DNA of 46,048 nt, taken from contig JAHBMJ010000475.1 in NCBI GenBank assembly GCA_018398765.1, positions 1 to 46,048 on the forward strand, read 5' to 3'. The translations under genes were made by a program, and so were the position numbers. The stretch is from Chromera velia. Its lineage: Eukaryota. Positions within the stretch are counted from its first letter, which is position 1, and every line of letters begins with the position of its first letter. The notes beneath the pieces are model-generated. The model worked only from the letters and a program-made list of their open reading frames with translations. It was not told the origin of the DNA and did not search any database. Positions 12,513-23,888 of the stretch are shown piece by piece.

Positions 12513-12929
12513 CTTAGAGAAAAGGATCGAAACCGATATATTAAGAGCAAAACAGAAAGACTGTCTCACACAAATAGAAAGAAAGACAAAAGATGAAAGG
12601 GTAACTATCTTATTGGTGATGCAGACACTGTAAAACACTGTTGGTTCGGTTATCTTTATCCGAGTTTCTCTTATGGATACCTTGCGTATCGACTAGCATA
12701 ACAATCAAACTGAATCGAGCTATCGCATTCTATTGCATTCAGAATAATACAGAAACTAAGCTAACTAGTACTAACTAGATAATTCAACGAGTGTTTTTTT
12801 TTTCTTCTTTTAAACAGACTAGAAAAAAAATGAAAGCTAGAATAAAAATTATCTTTTAAAACTATAAGAGGTAAAGAATGTATATTGTATAGAGTGTTTG
12901 CAGATCGATTAATTAAGGTCGATTTGTTA

Positions 12930-13564
12930 CCCTGCAGGTAGCCAGGATTTTATGGGATTTTAGCCCAGGATTTTAGCGGATTTTACAGGATTTTGGCCAG
13001 GATTAATTTAACGGATTTTGGCGGATTTTGCCCAGGATTCTGCCGGACTCTTAACGTTAAAAATATAATCCCTACACCTACGATTTTAGAATCTAAAATC
13101 CTGGAAGAAAGCTAAAATCCTAGCCTCTTCCTAGGATTTTACGGGATTATACGGGATTTTACGGAATTATACGGGATTTTAAAGAAATGAATAAAATTAA
13201 ATTCAAAGATGAATGACACAGTGTCAGACACACTTCAAGGCTACATAGAAGGGATAACCGGCATCGATTGTGATCGACTTTTATTTTATTGTTTTTGTTT
13301 ATGTTAAAATCCTGTAAAATCCCGTATAATCCTGTAAAATCCCGTAAAATCCTAGCATTCATTTCTAAAATCCTAGGATCCAGGATTTTAGTTTTTATAA
13401 TCCCTAGAGCCAGGATTTTAGATTCTAAAATCTTGGAGAAATAGTTCGGCAGAATCCTGGGCAAAATCCGCCTAAATCTACTAAAATCCGGCCCTGGCCA
13501 AAATCCCGTAAAATCCGCTAAAATCCTGGGCTAAAATTCCTCAAAATCCTAGCTACCTGCAGGG
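12930..13564. mobile_element. Non-autonomous foldback/MITE-type DNA transposon, TA-flanked
   Basis: TA|CCCTGCAGGTAGC...GCTACCTGCAGGG|TA. Long imperfect inverted arms are built of GGATTTT(A)/(T)AAAATCC units around a short non-repetitive centre (about 13181-13305). No credible coding capacity. Confidence 0.9.
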
Positions 13565-13712
13565 TATGACTTATTATAATTCATACAACCATATGACGAT
13601 TTTAACTTGCATGGTTCTAGGCATAGTCTTCGTCGTCTAAGCCTTTTCTCTATTTACTCAATTTCTAGCTTAATTTTAAATTAGTTGTATTTAGTCGTTC
13701 ATAGTCGTTCAT

Positions 13713-14084
13713 CCGGGACTCCCGATACCTCTCCTTCACCAGGGCTACGGCATGTTCCGCAGGAGCATTCAGAGTTGTATTAATTCTATCGAGCATCTCC
13801 AACAAAACGTTGACAACTCTCAATGACTCCTACAAACCCTTTCAGAGAAACTCACCAGAACCATGGACGCGTCTGCGAGCAGCTCTCAGTCATCTTCCTC
13901 CGCGATGTTCTTCCCCGGACTCACGCAGAACATCCTGGACAGGTGGAAGAAATTCCTCATCGACCTCTAATTCAAAGAACCAGCGATGAAGATTCAGACT
14001 AAGGAATTCCTTACCATCTACCACCCAGAGAAGCATAACATCAAACGTGTTAAGTGCTTGGAGTTTATGCGTTTTCTTGGTTAG
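13713..14084 (+). pseudogene. Degenerate reading frame of unknown origin, probably transposon-derived
   Basis: One frame reads protein-like for 124 codons (..GYGMFRRSIQSCINSIEHLQQNVDNSQ*LLQTLSEKL..NILDRWKKFLIDL*FKEPAMKIQTKEF..), with only a TGA at 13824 and a TAA at 13968 inside it. Confidence 0.4.
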
Positions 14085-14528
14085 CTTGCCTTACACGGTG
14101 TTACTCATTAAGATTCTGGCTGTGGGACTGGCTGGATTTTGTTTGACCTCCAAAGCAACATCTACGTTGCATTTAAGTCGACTCGCAATCAAGAAGACTT
14201 CTCCGAGACTTTTTTTCTCCTGGCCCCTCTTTCTGCTCAGTTGCAACTCGCCACATTCATATCGACGACTTTTTGTTGTCAGCGTTTTATCTTTGCTGTC
14301 TTTTTGCAGATGCCGCTGCGCCCTTAATGTCCAAACAACAACACTGCATTCATCAGGTAGCGGAGTAACTTAAAGGCGTTACGTACAGAGCTCATAAGTA
14401 GTAAGTTCTCTCATGCAAGGTTCGTACTTCTCTCCTAGACAATGCTCTGTTGCCTCCAGACTGTCTGACTTATAGATAGCATATGCAACGACTGATAGAC
14501 GGACAGATACATGGACTGACGCACACCG

Positions 14529-14868
14529 TGCATGCATGCATTATGCCATGCAGACTCGCAATGTGCGCAGCTCATTCTATGCTGATACACTGCATTGCAT
14601 ATTGTCACTCAAACCTTAATAATGTAACCGTTACATCGTAAAGGTTTGAGTGACAATATGCAATGTAGTATGTCAGCATAGAATGAGTTGCATGGCATGA
14701 TGCATGCATGCATCATGCCATACAGACTCGCAATACATGCAGCTCATTCTATACTGACACACTGCAGCATGATGCAGACTCGCAATGCGCGCAGCTCATT
14801 GAAATTTCCATACTGAGTCAGACACACTGCGTTGTATATTATCACTTAAACCTTCATAATGTAACGGC
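14529..14868. repeat. Forward-inverted-forward array of a roughly 100-bp unit
   Basis: The unit gcagctcattctatgctgatacactgcattgcatattgtcactcaaacctt..atgtaac (to 14628) is followed by its reverse complement from 14630, then by further forward partial copies. Confidence 0.9.
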
Positions 14869-16585
14869 ATTTGCTTCTGCGCTCCATCTCTGTCTCCTCA
14901 CTGCCTTGACCTTCCCAATCTTCTTTTATGCACTTCCCTGCTGTTTATCTCTTTTCACCGCAAGGCTCTCCAGGGCAAAAACACATCTGATTGGCCGATC
15001 TGATCATCTGATCTGTTCTCCTCGTCCTCCCCCCGTTGGTGCTGCAGAGAAACGAATCATTCATTCCCAACAAGCAGAGCAGCTGTTCGGGGTCCAGAGG
15101 ACCTGCATATTGCGACGTTGTCAGGTCCCTCAGCATTGATTAATTAAGCGTTTATGCTGGAGTTAAGTGTGTTGCTGTGTGTATTCAGGCTGACCAGGCC
15201 AGCTGTGAAGGCGTAATATGATTTTGAGCATATGAACTGAGAAATAAAGTTGTGCTGCAACTTATACAGCTTGCATCCACGGTCTCTAGCACGATCTGTA
15301 TAGTTATACCTAGTCCTGTTGTACTTTGTTTTGTATATGGATTTGTGTCCCCCACTGACAAATGTTTATGTATATAGAATGTAAAAATTAGCAGAGTAAT
15401 TGAAAGTTATTTAGAGAACTTAAACACATTTGAAAAAAGTTTAATTAGTACCAACAGTAGTACAAACATACCTTTTAACTTGAATATATATTAATCATCA
15501 TGATAGTGTATCATCAGGTTAAACATGTTGTTAATTTAACTTAACTCCTCAATAGATAATTAGAATTTTAATTTAATATATATATAGAATTTTAAAGTAG
15601 GCGTTTACAGGATTTTATGGGATTTTATCTAGGATTTTACCGAACTTCATGGAATTAATTTTCTCTATAGTGAAATGCTAGATGGAATGTACATCATTCG
15701 TCCTCAAAGGGTCTCGATCCCCATTCTCATTTATAATTGCAGAGACAATGCATAAAATTATATATACTACTGGTAGTAAGATCGATGTCTAGATCGATGT
15801 ATAACTTATATACATTATTAAACTTGAAGGAAATCTAAGTTAATGATCTTACATCTAGTATTACACAGTTACTCGGACTGTTGTAGAGATTAATTAAATT
15901 TCCATGGTGTCCACTAGGGCCGGTGCCACTAGCGGTGCCAAAGGCATTGTACATTGTGTAATAAAACGTAAGAGTTAGTAAGAGTGCTATCTCATGCATG
16001 CCGAGAGGCTTTAAAGTTGATCGAATCCTATGTTGAATCACTTTATGCCGACAAGACATGCAATTTGACAAGGAGCGTAGATAGGCACAAGAGCATCGAG
16101 TCGCAATACAACGCTGTGAGGATTAAAGGAGAGAGGGCAAAGGTCAAAGAGGGGCAGAGGATGAACATACGGAAACAAAACAAACTCCGTATGCATGGCA
16201 TTGCATGATCGAAGCTCCACGCTGATTATTCAGCATGCAGACACACGCACAGTGCTTGTGTCTTGCCGCAGTTACCGAAAGGGAAGATGGAAGTTGACAA
16301 CAGAGCCAAAGAGCAGGGAGACCACACAGGGAGACATGGAGAGAAAGAGACGGCTCCTTGCCTCTCCTCTCTCAAGGCAATCACACGCAACAAGAAAGAG
16401 TACCGTTTTCGTACCCCTTGCAGGCATTCCCTGTCCTCTCCGACCAACAGGCCATGATCCCTCTTGTATGCGTGCATGCAAGTCCCGCCCTCACTCACTC
16501 AAACACCCCTACCCTTGTAATGCACCCCCAGACCTTCGCTGTCACGCACTCCCGACCCGAACCCCCCAACCCCCCCACTTCTTAA

Positions 16586-18478
16586 TTATGTGGTAGAAGG
16601 GCCCTCCGCCTCCATGTCGACCGTCTCGACCACCTCCAGGCACTGGAAGGCCTTCTTCTCCAACTCCTTCCTCATGACCGCCAGAGGGGTGAACTTCGCA
16701 GCCCCCGCTGCCCCCCCTTCCATGAAGGCCTTCAGGAGATTCTTGGAGAATCCGGACACCAGGGCCACCCCCTCCTCCTCACATGCCACCGGTTTGGCTC
16801 CAGTGGAAGCCCGGAGGTTCCAGAAGACAAGCCGAGGGAGGGTGTAGCCCTCTCGCTCGAAGTCTTGCCTTGCCTCCTCAAAGTTCGTTACCCCTGCACC
16901 CCCCTGTGCCTGGTCGAATTCCATATCGGAGAACACGAGCACCTGCTTGACCATCTCAGAAGCAGGGAGCTCGTGCTTCTGGGCAAAGTCGAGGAGGCGC
17001 CTGAAGGCCCTGTTGAAGTCTGTGTTTCCACCCCAATCGATGCCCTCGAGTGCACGGCACTGCTCCTGAAGGGAGGAGCTCTCTGTGCCAATGTGCACAA
17101 GGGAGGGGCTGCTGGAGAAGGTCAGCACACGACCTCGCCAGGGAGGGGAAGCGATGGTGGCGGACAAGAGGCCCAACGCGATGCACACCTCCATCGGCCT
17201 CCCGGACATGGACCCCGAGACGTCGCATACAGCGATGGAGGAGCCCAACGCCCCCGTCTCCTTGAGGTTGTCCAGGATGCTCTTCCACTGGAGGGAGAGA
17301 ACATCGTCCTCCATGGTTGTCATCTCGGTGTCTGCCTGATGACACGACCTGTAGAAGGTTTGGGAGATGAACTTGGCGACGATCTCGTGAGGAAGCAGGG
17401 CCCCCGAGGCCAGCTTCTTCTCCCCCTTCTTGGCGAGTTGGAGGAAGTCAGAGAACCTCTCCTTGTCGTGCTTCTCGAAGAGCCCCTTCCGAAGCTTCAT
17501 GCACACAGAGGGGACTCTCTCGTAGGGGAGGGAGGAGAAGGTCTCCTTGTGCATGAACGTCTCGGGCACCTTCTGGTACCTTCGGAGAGGTGTCAGGTAT
17601 TCCTTGCGGAACCTGTCACGCATGAAGGAGAGGAACTCATCCGCAGTCGCACCGCCACCCTGAATGCGGAACTCGGACTCAGGGTACAGTCGGCGGACGA
17701 TCTCGTCGGTGATGCCCGTCAGCTTGTCGTAGGAGTGACCATGAGAGGGGGCCCATTTGGCACAAAGGCCAACGACCCTCCTCTTCCTCTCCATCAGCTC
17801 CCGATCTTGACGAAGCTGGTCGGCAAAGAGATCAGCCACCAACCCTCTGAGCATTGCGAAACGGCTCCCCTCCCTGCCCAGCCCTTCCAACAAGGCAGCC
17901 CTCTCTGCCCTCTTCACCCGACGGTCCACCGCCGCCTTCTCCCTGCAGGCCTGCACAAACAGCCTGCCTGCCTCCGCCCTGCCCTCTGCCATCCTCCTGT
18001 GCTCCTCCTCCAACAGGAGCTGTCTCCTCTCGCGCCTCTCCCGTCTGCCCTGACGGCGTTCCTGCCGACGGGCACGCAGACGTTCCATCACCTCGGCCCG
18101 CCGTCTCGCGTACCAGTTGGGGTCCTCGTAGTCGAGAACGAAGTCCAAGCCCTCAACCTCCGCAAGGAGGAGATCAAGAAGGGACTTCCAGCACACGAGA
18201 TCGGGGACGTGGCGAAGGTTGTAGAGGAACGTGTCGATGTGGGCGTCCTTCAACCACTCCATACACACGTAGAAGTTCCTCCGGTCCTGCTTGCCGTCTC
18301 GGACGGCACCCAGATGGAAAACGAGTTTGAGGGCGATGAGGGGGTCCTCCCTCCAGGCCTCAGAGAGGAGATGCTGAAGGGAAGAAGTACCAATATTTGG
18401 CACAGCTTCCGCAAAGAAGTCAAGGCAGGCGTTCTGAGTAGTGGAATAAGCAAGCGCTCCGTTTTCGGTGAACTGCAT
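16586..18478 (-). CDS. DUF2828-family protein with C-terminal vWA domain; intronless
   Basis: Uninterrupted ORF of about 630 aa (first ATG at 18478) with family motifs FTENGALAYSTTQNACLDFF, AKWAP, YERVPSVCM, GALLPHEI, CDVSGSM (MIDAS), WGGNTDF, VFSDMEFD, VFWNLR and LVSGFSKNL. Confidence 0.9.
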   Translation of the reverse strand: MQFTENGALAYSTTQNACLDFFAEAVPNIGTSSLQHLLSEAWREDPLIALKLVFHLGAVRDGKQDRRNFYVCMEWLKDAHIDTFLYNLRHVPDLVCWKSLLDLLLAEVEGLDFVLDYEDPNWYARRRAEVMERLRARRQERRQGRRERRERRQLLLEEEHRRMAEGRAEAGRLFVQACREKAAVDRRVKRAERAALLEGLGREGSRFAMLRGLVADLFADQLRQDRELMERKRRVVGLCAKWAPSHGHSYDKLTGITDEIVRRLYPESEFRIQGGGATADEFLSFMRDRFRKEYLTPLRRYQKVPETFMHKETFSSLPYERVPSVCMKLRKGLFEKHDKERFSDFLQLAKKGEKKLASGALLPHEIVAKFISQTFYRSCHQADTEMTTMEDDVLSLQWKSILDNLKETGALGSSIAVCDVSGSMSGRPMEVCIALGLLSATIASPPWRGRVLTFSSSPSLVHIGTESSSLQEQCRALEGIDWGGNTDFNRAFRRLLDFAQKHELPASEMVKQVLVFSDMEFDQAQGGAGVTNFEEARQDFEREGYTLPRLVFWNLRASTGAKPVACEEEGVALVSGFSKNLLKAFMEGGAAGAAKFTPLAVMRKELEKKAFQCLEVVETVDMEAEGPSTT

Positions 18479-19303
18479 CCTCAACACGTTGGCAATCAGG
18501 GTTGACTTTGAACTTTAAGGTTGCTCGAGTGAGGATCGACAAAGAGGAGCTAAGAAAATCAGGGTGGTGTTGGAGGTGATCTCGAACAGGTTGGGATGGT
18601 CTGAGATAAAGGGAAGTTCGAGAACGAATCGACGAAAGATCAAGATTTGTTGGAGGGAGGCATTAATTTGTTTTTTCTGCCGATCAACACGAATCGCGGG
18701 CTGCGCGCGGTCAAATCCGAGTCGAATTTTGAGCGCGGAATTTAGATTTAGCTCGGCCTGCTGGCATGCATGCAGCTAGCTTTCAGATGCCGAAAGTTGA
18801 CATGAACGACGCGGTCGAATCCGCGGGTCGATCGGAGGCCACGGCATGCCAGTGTCTAAAAGAATGAAAAAATCCATCGTTGGTATAGTATAGTGAGAGA
18901 CTGCGATGGCGAAAATCCGCGACATGCGGAGAAAACAATCAAGCCGCAAGCAAGCTGTTATGCAAAATTTCTTTCAGGACGCTCTCTGGGGCCTTTTCAA
19001 CACTTCTAATTTTTGCGGCGATTTGACGCCGTGGCCGCCACCCAAAGGAAAATAATTTCTTTGAACCCATATATTTCTTTTCCACCGCGTCCTCTTAATT
19101 GAGAGTCCACTCCGGCCACTCCTTGCCAAGTCATTTCTTGCGCTGAAACCGAACTGAGTTTTCCAAAGCATTGGGTGACAACCAAGTTGTAAGTCACTCA
19201 GTGGAAGCGGATCTGAACTGTTATTCTGTGTTTGAATTCAACAAGCACTCGGGGCCGTCCCTCGACACTCTTTTGACGACCGAAGAAGAAAAAGGAAGAA
19301 AAG
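18479..19303. promoter_or_regulatory. Probable bidirectional promoter region between the DUF2828 and ALY/REF-like genes
   Basis: Divergent ATGs about 0.8 kb apart; CpG-retaining sequence with GCATGCATGCA at about 18764-18774. Positional inference only. Confidence 0.5.
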
Positions 19304-22244
19304 ATGCCTCCGAAGGGACTCGACATGTCTCTTGACGACCTCATCAAGGCTGCCAGGCCTGGTGGGGGTAGAGGAGGAGGTAGAGGAGGCAGAGGAGGGG
19401 GGCGAGGGGGCGCTCGTGGGGGTCGCGGGGGGAGTCGCGGCGGTGGGAGAGGAGGGAGTAGCAAGGGTCTCTCGGGCGGCGGTAGAAGCTCTGGTCAGCT
19501 TTCGCGCTTCTTCGCGGGAAGGGATTCGGGTTTGGGACGTTGTCGTTCCGTAGTTGACGGTGGTGATGCCTCTTTCACGTTCATCGGATGAGAAGAAGAG
19601 CTCGGCGGAGGGCGAGCGTTGATGAGCTTTTGTGGAGTTCCCCCAGTCTGACAGAACGATTTCTCAGCAGAACGATTGAATTGGCACAGTGGCAAAGAGA
19701 AAAAAGAAAATCAGAACCGGGTCTGCTGACCGGTCGCGAGTCTCGGTGATTCCTTCCACCGTTTCTTCCTCTTCTCTCTTCTACGCGACAGAGAGAGAAA
19801 ACAATCAATCGATCCGTCGATCGATGGCAACAGACTCGCTTTGATGAGAAAGAGTGGCAAAGAAAGAGGAAGCAAATGAAAAAGGCGTGCCACCGCCTCT
19901 CTGTCCGAAGGAAGGAAAAACAAAGTGAAGAAAAGCGCCTTGACAAAAAAGTGTTGAAAGATCCACGCCAGGAAGGAAGCGTGAGATCATAGAGAAGCAG
20001 ACAGAGGCAGCAGTATGTACCAAAAAAGTCCCCAGCAGGACTTCGCCTCTTGCATTATTAAAGTCTGCAGGCGCACGGACAGAAAGCCACTTAAGAGCGC
20101 CATGACTTATCTCGATTGCTTCCTTCCTTCCTTTGAGCCCTTTCCAAGACCGGCCGAACACAATGCTGAGATGCAGAAGGTAGAGAGAACAGAAGACTCG
20201 AGGGAGGACGGTTCTTCCTTCCGAGGAGAGGGGGGAACTGCAGCAGGATTCTGCTTCTGGCCTCCCCTCAGCCCCCTCAGCCCTGCTAGGAATGTCCATC
20301 TGCGTCCTCCTGCCTGCATGATCGATCATGTGATGATCTGATACCACCTGGTGAAGATCCAAAAAGGTCACATCACAAACAACCTCCCTCTCTTTTCCTC
20401 TCTCTGGCCTCCGGTGGTGGCGTTCTCTCTACCGCTGCTCGTCTTTCTGCCTTTTCTTCTTTTCTCTTCTCTTCTCTTTCCCCCTTCTCCTTCCTACCAC
20501 AGGCCCAATCAAGAAGATGGGAGGCTCTCAGGGAAGAAACAACGCGAGAACAGGAGGGGGGGGCGGAGGCCGAGGGGGTGCGACGGGACCCCGCAGAGGA
20601 ACCGGCTCTGTCTCCCGCAACTCCGGTCCTTCCAACAGAGGCAGAGGAGGGGGCGGTGGGGGTCGCGGCGGGGGATTCGTCAGGGGAGGTGGTGGCGGTG
20701 GCTCTGCGAGAGGCGGACTCTTCGTGAGCAGGGTCAGTCTGTCAAATCCTAACTGTCGACGCATCGAACTCTTTTTTTCGAAGGATGTGTGGTCCGTGAC
20801 GGTTTTCAGTGCAGGAATTGGTACACTACGTGACGGTGCGCAGTCTTGCTTTATCAGCATCGTCTTTCCGCTCCTCTCTTCTCCTCTCTCCTGAAAGCTT
20901 GATTTTGTGTGTGTGTGTGTGTGTGTATATCGGCTATCTGCTTGTGTGTGCAGAACTACGGTGGAGGCGGAAGGGGTGGCGGCTTCCGTGGCGGCAGGGG
21001 AGGCCGCGGGGGCTTCGGCGGCGGGAGGGGGCGGGGTGGGTACTTCCAGGGGGGCGGCGGGGGATACGGCGGTGGGGGTTTCGGAGGAGGGTACCAGATG
21101 GGCGGCGGCCCTTCCTTCTACGGGGGCGGCGGGGGGAGAGGAGGGGGGGGCGGGTACGTCGACAGGGACAGAGGTGGATACAAGAGCAACGCAAATCAAG
21201 TGCTGGTGAACAACGTCAGTCAGTCATTTAGGAAATCAACGAACGCGGCAAATGGAGGACAGGGACTGATCCAGGATGTGTTTCCTTCCTTTCCTCCTGC
21301 GTTGTTTTGTTGCTTGCTTGCTTGTTCGAGGGTGTGTGTTCCTCTCCGATTAACGAGTCCCTTTCGACTGATTGCTCTCTTGTTCCTGTGTCTTTTTTTT
21401 TCGCGGAAGTGATCGCCTGTCGCTGTGGTTCTCTTGTTTGTTTGTGTGGTTGGTTGCCCAAGCTTCATCAGTCTCTCTTGCGATCACAGCGGTTGGCGTT
21501 TTTTTCTTTCAGTCCGTTTTCCTCTCTTCTCTTTGGTCATTCTGTGTCTGGCGTTCCGATGAAAGAAGCTGAACGTTGTGCATGTCCCCGTTGGTGCAAG
21601 CTTGCTTGGTTGCTTTCCTGCATGGTTGATATTCGAATGATCTTCTTTCTACCTGCTGCCTGTGCGTGACTGAATTGAATGATGACCCGGCCGGCCTCAT
21701 GCAGATCCCCAGCAACCTCTCCGAGAAGGACCTGGCCGACGCCTTCCAGTCTGTGGGGCAGGTCCTGTACACCTCCTTTCTCAAGGACTCGGGGGTGAGT
21801 CGATGGATGGATGGGCTTTCTTTTTTCTCTTTCTTTCCTGTGTCTCCTGTAGTGGCACTCTGTTTTTTCAGACCTTCTGCTTTCCGAGCGTCGAAATCGT
21901 GTGTGAGTGTGTGAGGGGTCGCCTCTGTAGTCATTGCCTCTTTCTCGTGGAGCAGTTCACAGGGTGTGTGGCTGGAGGGAGAAGATAGCCATGAAAGATG
22001 GATGTGTTTCTTTCTTTCTTTTCTTCTTTCTTTCTTGCGGCATCTGTCGCCTCTCCATTCTCCTGTTTTCGTATTACTCTACATATATATGTATATATAT
22101 ACACATATATATGTTGTGCAGAACCGCTACATAGGGAGAGCGGTGATCCAGTTCGCCGACTACGGATCTGCTCAGCGCGCAGTTGCTCAGTACGACGGAG
22201 GAGACCTGAACGGATCGATCATCAAGGTGACCCTGGATTCCTAA
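19304..22244 (+). CDS. ALYREF: RGG-rich RRM protein, ALY/REF (THO4/Yra1)-like mRNA export adaptor, 297 aa. Exons: 19304-19493, 20503-20732, 20954-21214, 21705-21794, 22122-22244
   Basis: N-terminal LDMSLDDLIK (REF-N/UAP56-binding-type motif), a long RGG tract and a C-terminal RRM (VLVNNIPSNLSEKDLADAF..GRAVIQFADYGSAQRAVAQYDGGDLNGSIIKV). The exons splice in phase (894 nt). Confidence 0.75.
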
Positions 22245-23888
22245 CTGATCGGGGGGGGAGGCGGAGAGAGAGACGGCTGACTGACTTGGAGGAGGCTGGA
22301 GGGGCTGTTAGACTGGGAAGGGAGGGGAGTGGGAGGGCGAGAAGCAAACATGAGTGGCTTCGATCATGGAGTGATTTCCCTTCCTGCATTGCACACCTTC
22401 TGTAGATGCACAGGGAGGGGCTTTCTTGCTTTCTTTTTTACCCTCTCCCTCTGTTGTACATCTCTGTGAGAGTGTATAGACAGGCTGACGACAGTCTGAA
22501 AAAAGAAAAAAGGAAACAAAAAAAGGAAGTTAGGGCGCTGATGACGTTTTGAAAGTAACTTAAAGAAACGGAAAGAAAAGCGAAATGCGTGGGCCGCCGA
22601 CATAGTTGTGGGGGGGAGGGGGGGCAGGAGCAGCTGAGAAAAAAGAGTCGATGAAAGCTCCATGCGGTCTGCGTGCACTCATGCATGCATGTCGTGCCGT
22701 CCTGAAGAAAATCCGCAGCCTTCCACTTCATCCGCGCGCGCCCTTGTCCTGCTTCCGCTTTTTGCAAAAAACAAAAGCCAATTGGTTGATGGTAGGACGA
22801 GTGACAGAAATTGAAAGGAAAACAAAGAGATGCAGGCAATCACGTGGATCGTTCAACAGTCGGGAGGCACCAACGGTCATTGCAGGAGCAAGTGAAAGAA
22901 GAGAAAGGCGATGGCATGTGGCAGTTGCTGTGAAGATTCATAGATTCACTTAGCATGTTTTCATCCGAACGACCAGCCGTGGTTTCAACTGGTTGCGATC
23001 CATCATGCGGCCGCTCCAGGCGAGTGTGCAGCCCTAGATTAGATATTCAAAATTTGAAAAAATCTTACCTTTCAATCGGTACGTAGAGATTCCATACTAC
23101 TAGAGAAAGATGATTTCAAAGATCTAGAGAGAGATCTATAAACAAATATTTAGATTGTGATGAACATTATTTTAGTATTTTCTTGTGTTACCTACATCTT
23201 CATCTTTTCGTTTATTCTTATAAAATTTAAATATATACAATTATAATGAATATAAGTATGATTCATCATAAACTTTTGAATGAACTAGTATATATGTGAT
23301 ATTCTTCCTAGGCCGTGCACTAGATAAAAAAAAATAAGAAAACCTTTTTTTTTAGAAGTCTAGTCAGAAGTTGGGTCTAAACTAGACAAACAACTGTTGT
23401 TCAAGTATTGTAAGAGTGTTACAGGGAGTGTTGCATGAAAAACAACTGTTATTTAGTGGATAAATAAATAAATAAATAAAAAAACTAGCAAAACTTTTTT
23501 TTTTCTTTTTTTATTTAGCTAGTTATTTAGCTAGTGCATGCAGGGCCTTTTTTCGTTTCTGAATGGGAAAACGTTCACGATCATGAAAAGGATGAAGGAG
23601 GACAAAAGTATGTCGAAGTAGGTTGAGGATTGAGCGGGGTTAGGGACGGTAAATAAGCACCCCTTGCATGCCTATCTCCCACTCGGTTCGCACCGAGACT
23701 CAATATCCAGTCAGACCTGCGAACATACCACGGAGATCGATTGATATCCTGAAGCATGCTCAAAGCACAAGAATTTTTGGAGGTACAGCTCGATCGGTAT
23801 ATTGGCTTACCTTCACACAGTTCTTTCATTTGCTTTCGTTAACTCCTTTTCACTCATGCAGACAGTCTTTTCAACAAATTCCTTCAGT

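Noticed and set aside
13159..13464. 101-aa ORF inside the foldback element
   Set aside because: Translation of the GGATTTT repeat units.
16865..18505. 546-aa plus-strand ORF
   Set aside because: Antisense shadow of the GC3-rich DUF2828 gene; no recognisable motifs.
19494..21704. C/D-box-like words in the ALY/REF-like introns
   Set aside because: Spacing and terminal stems do not fit a snoRNA.
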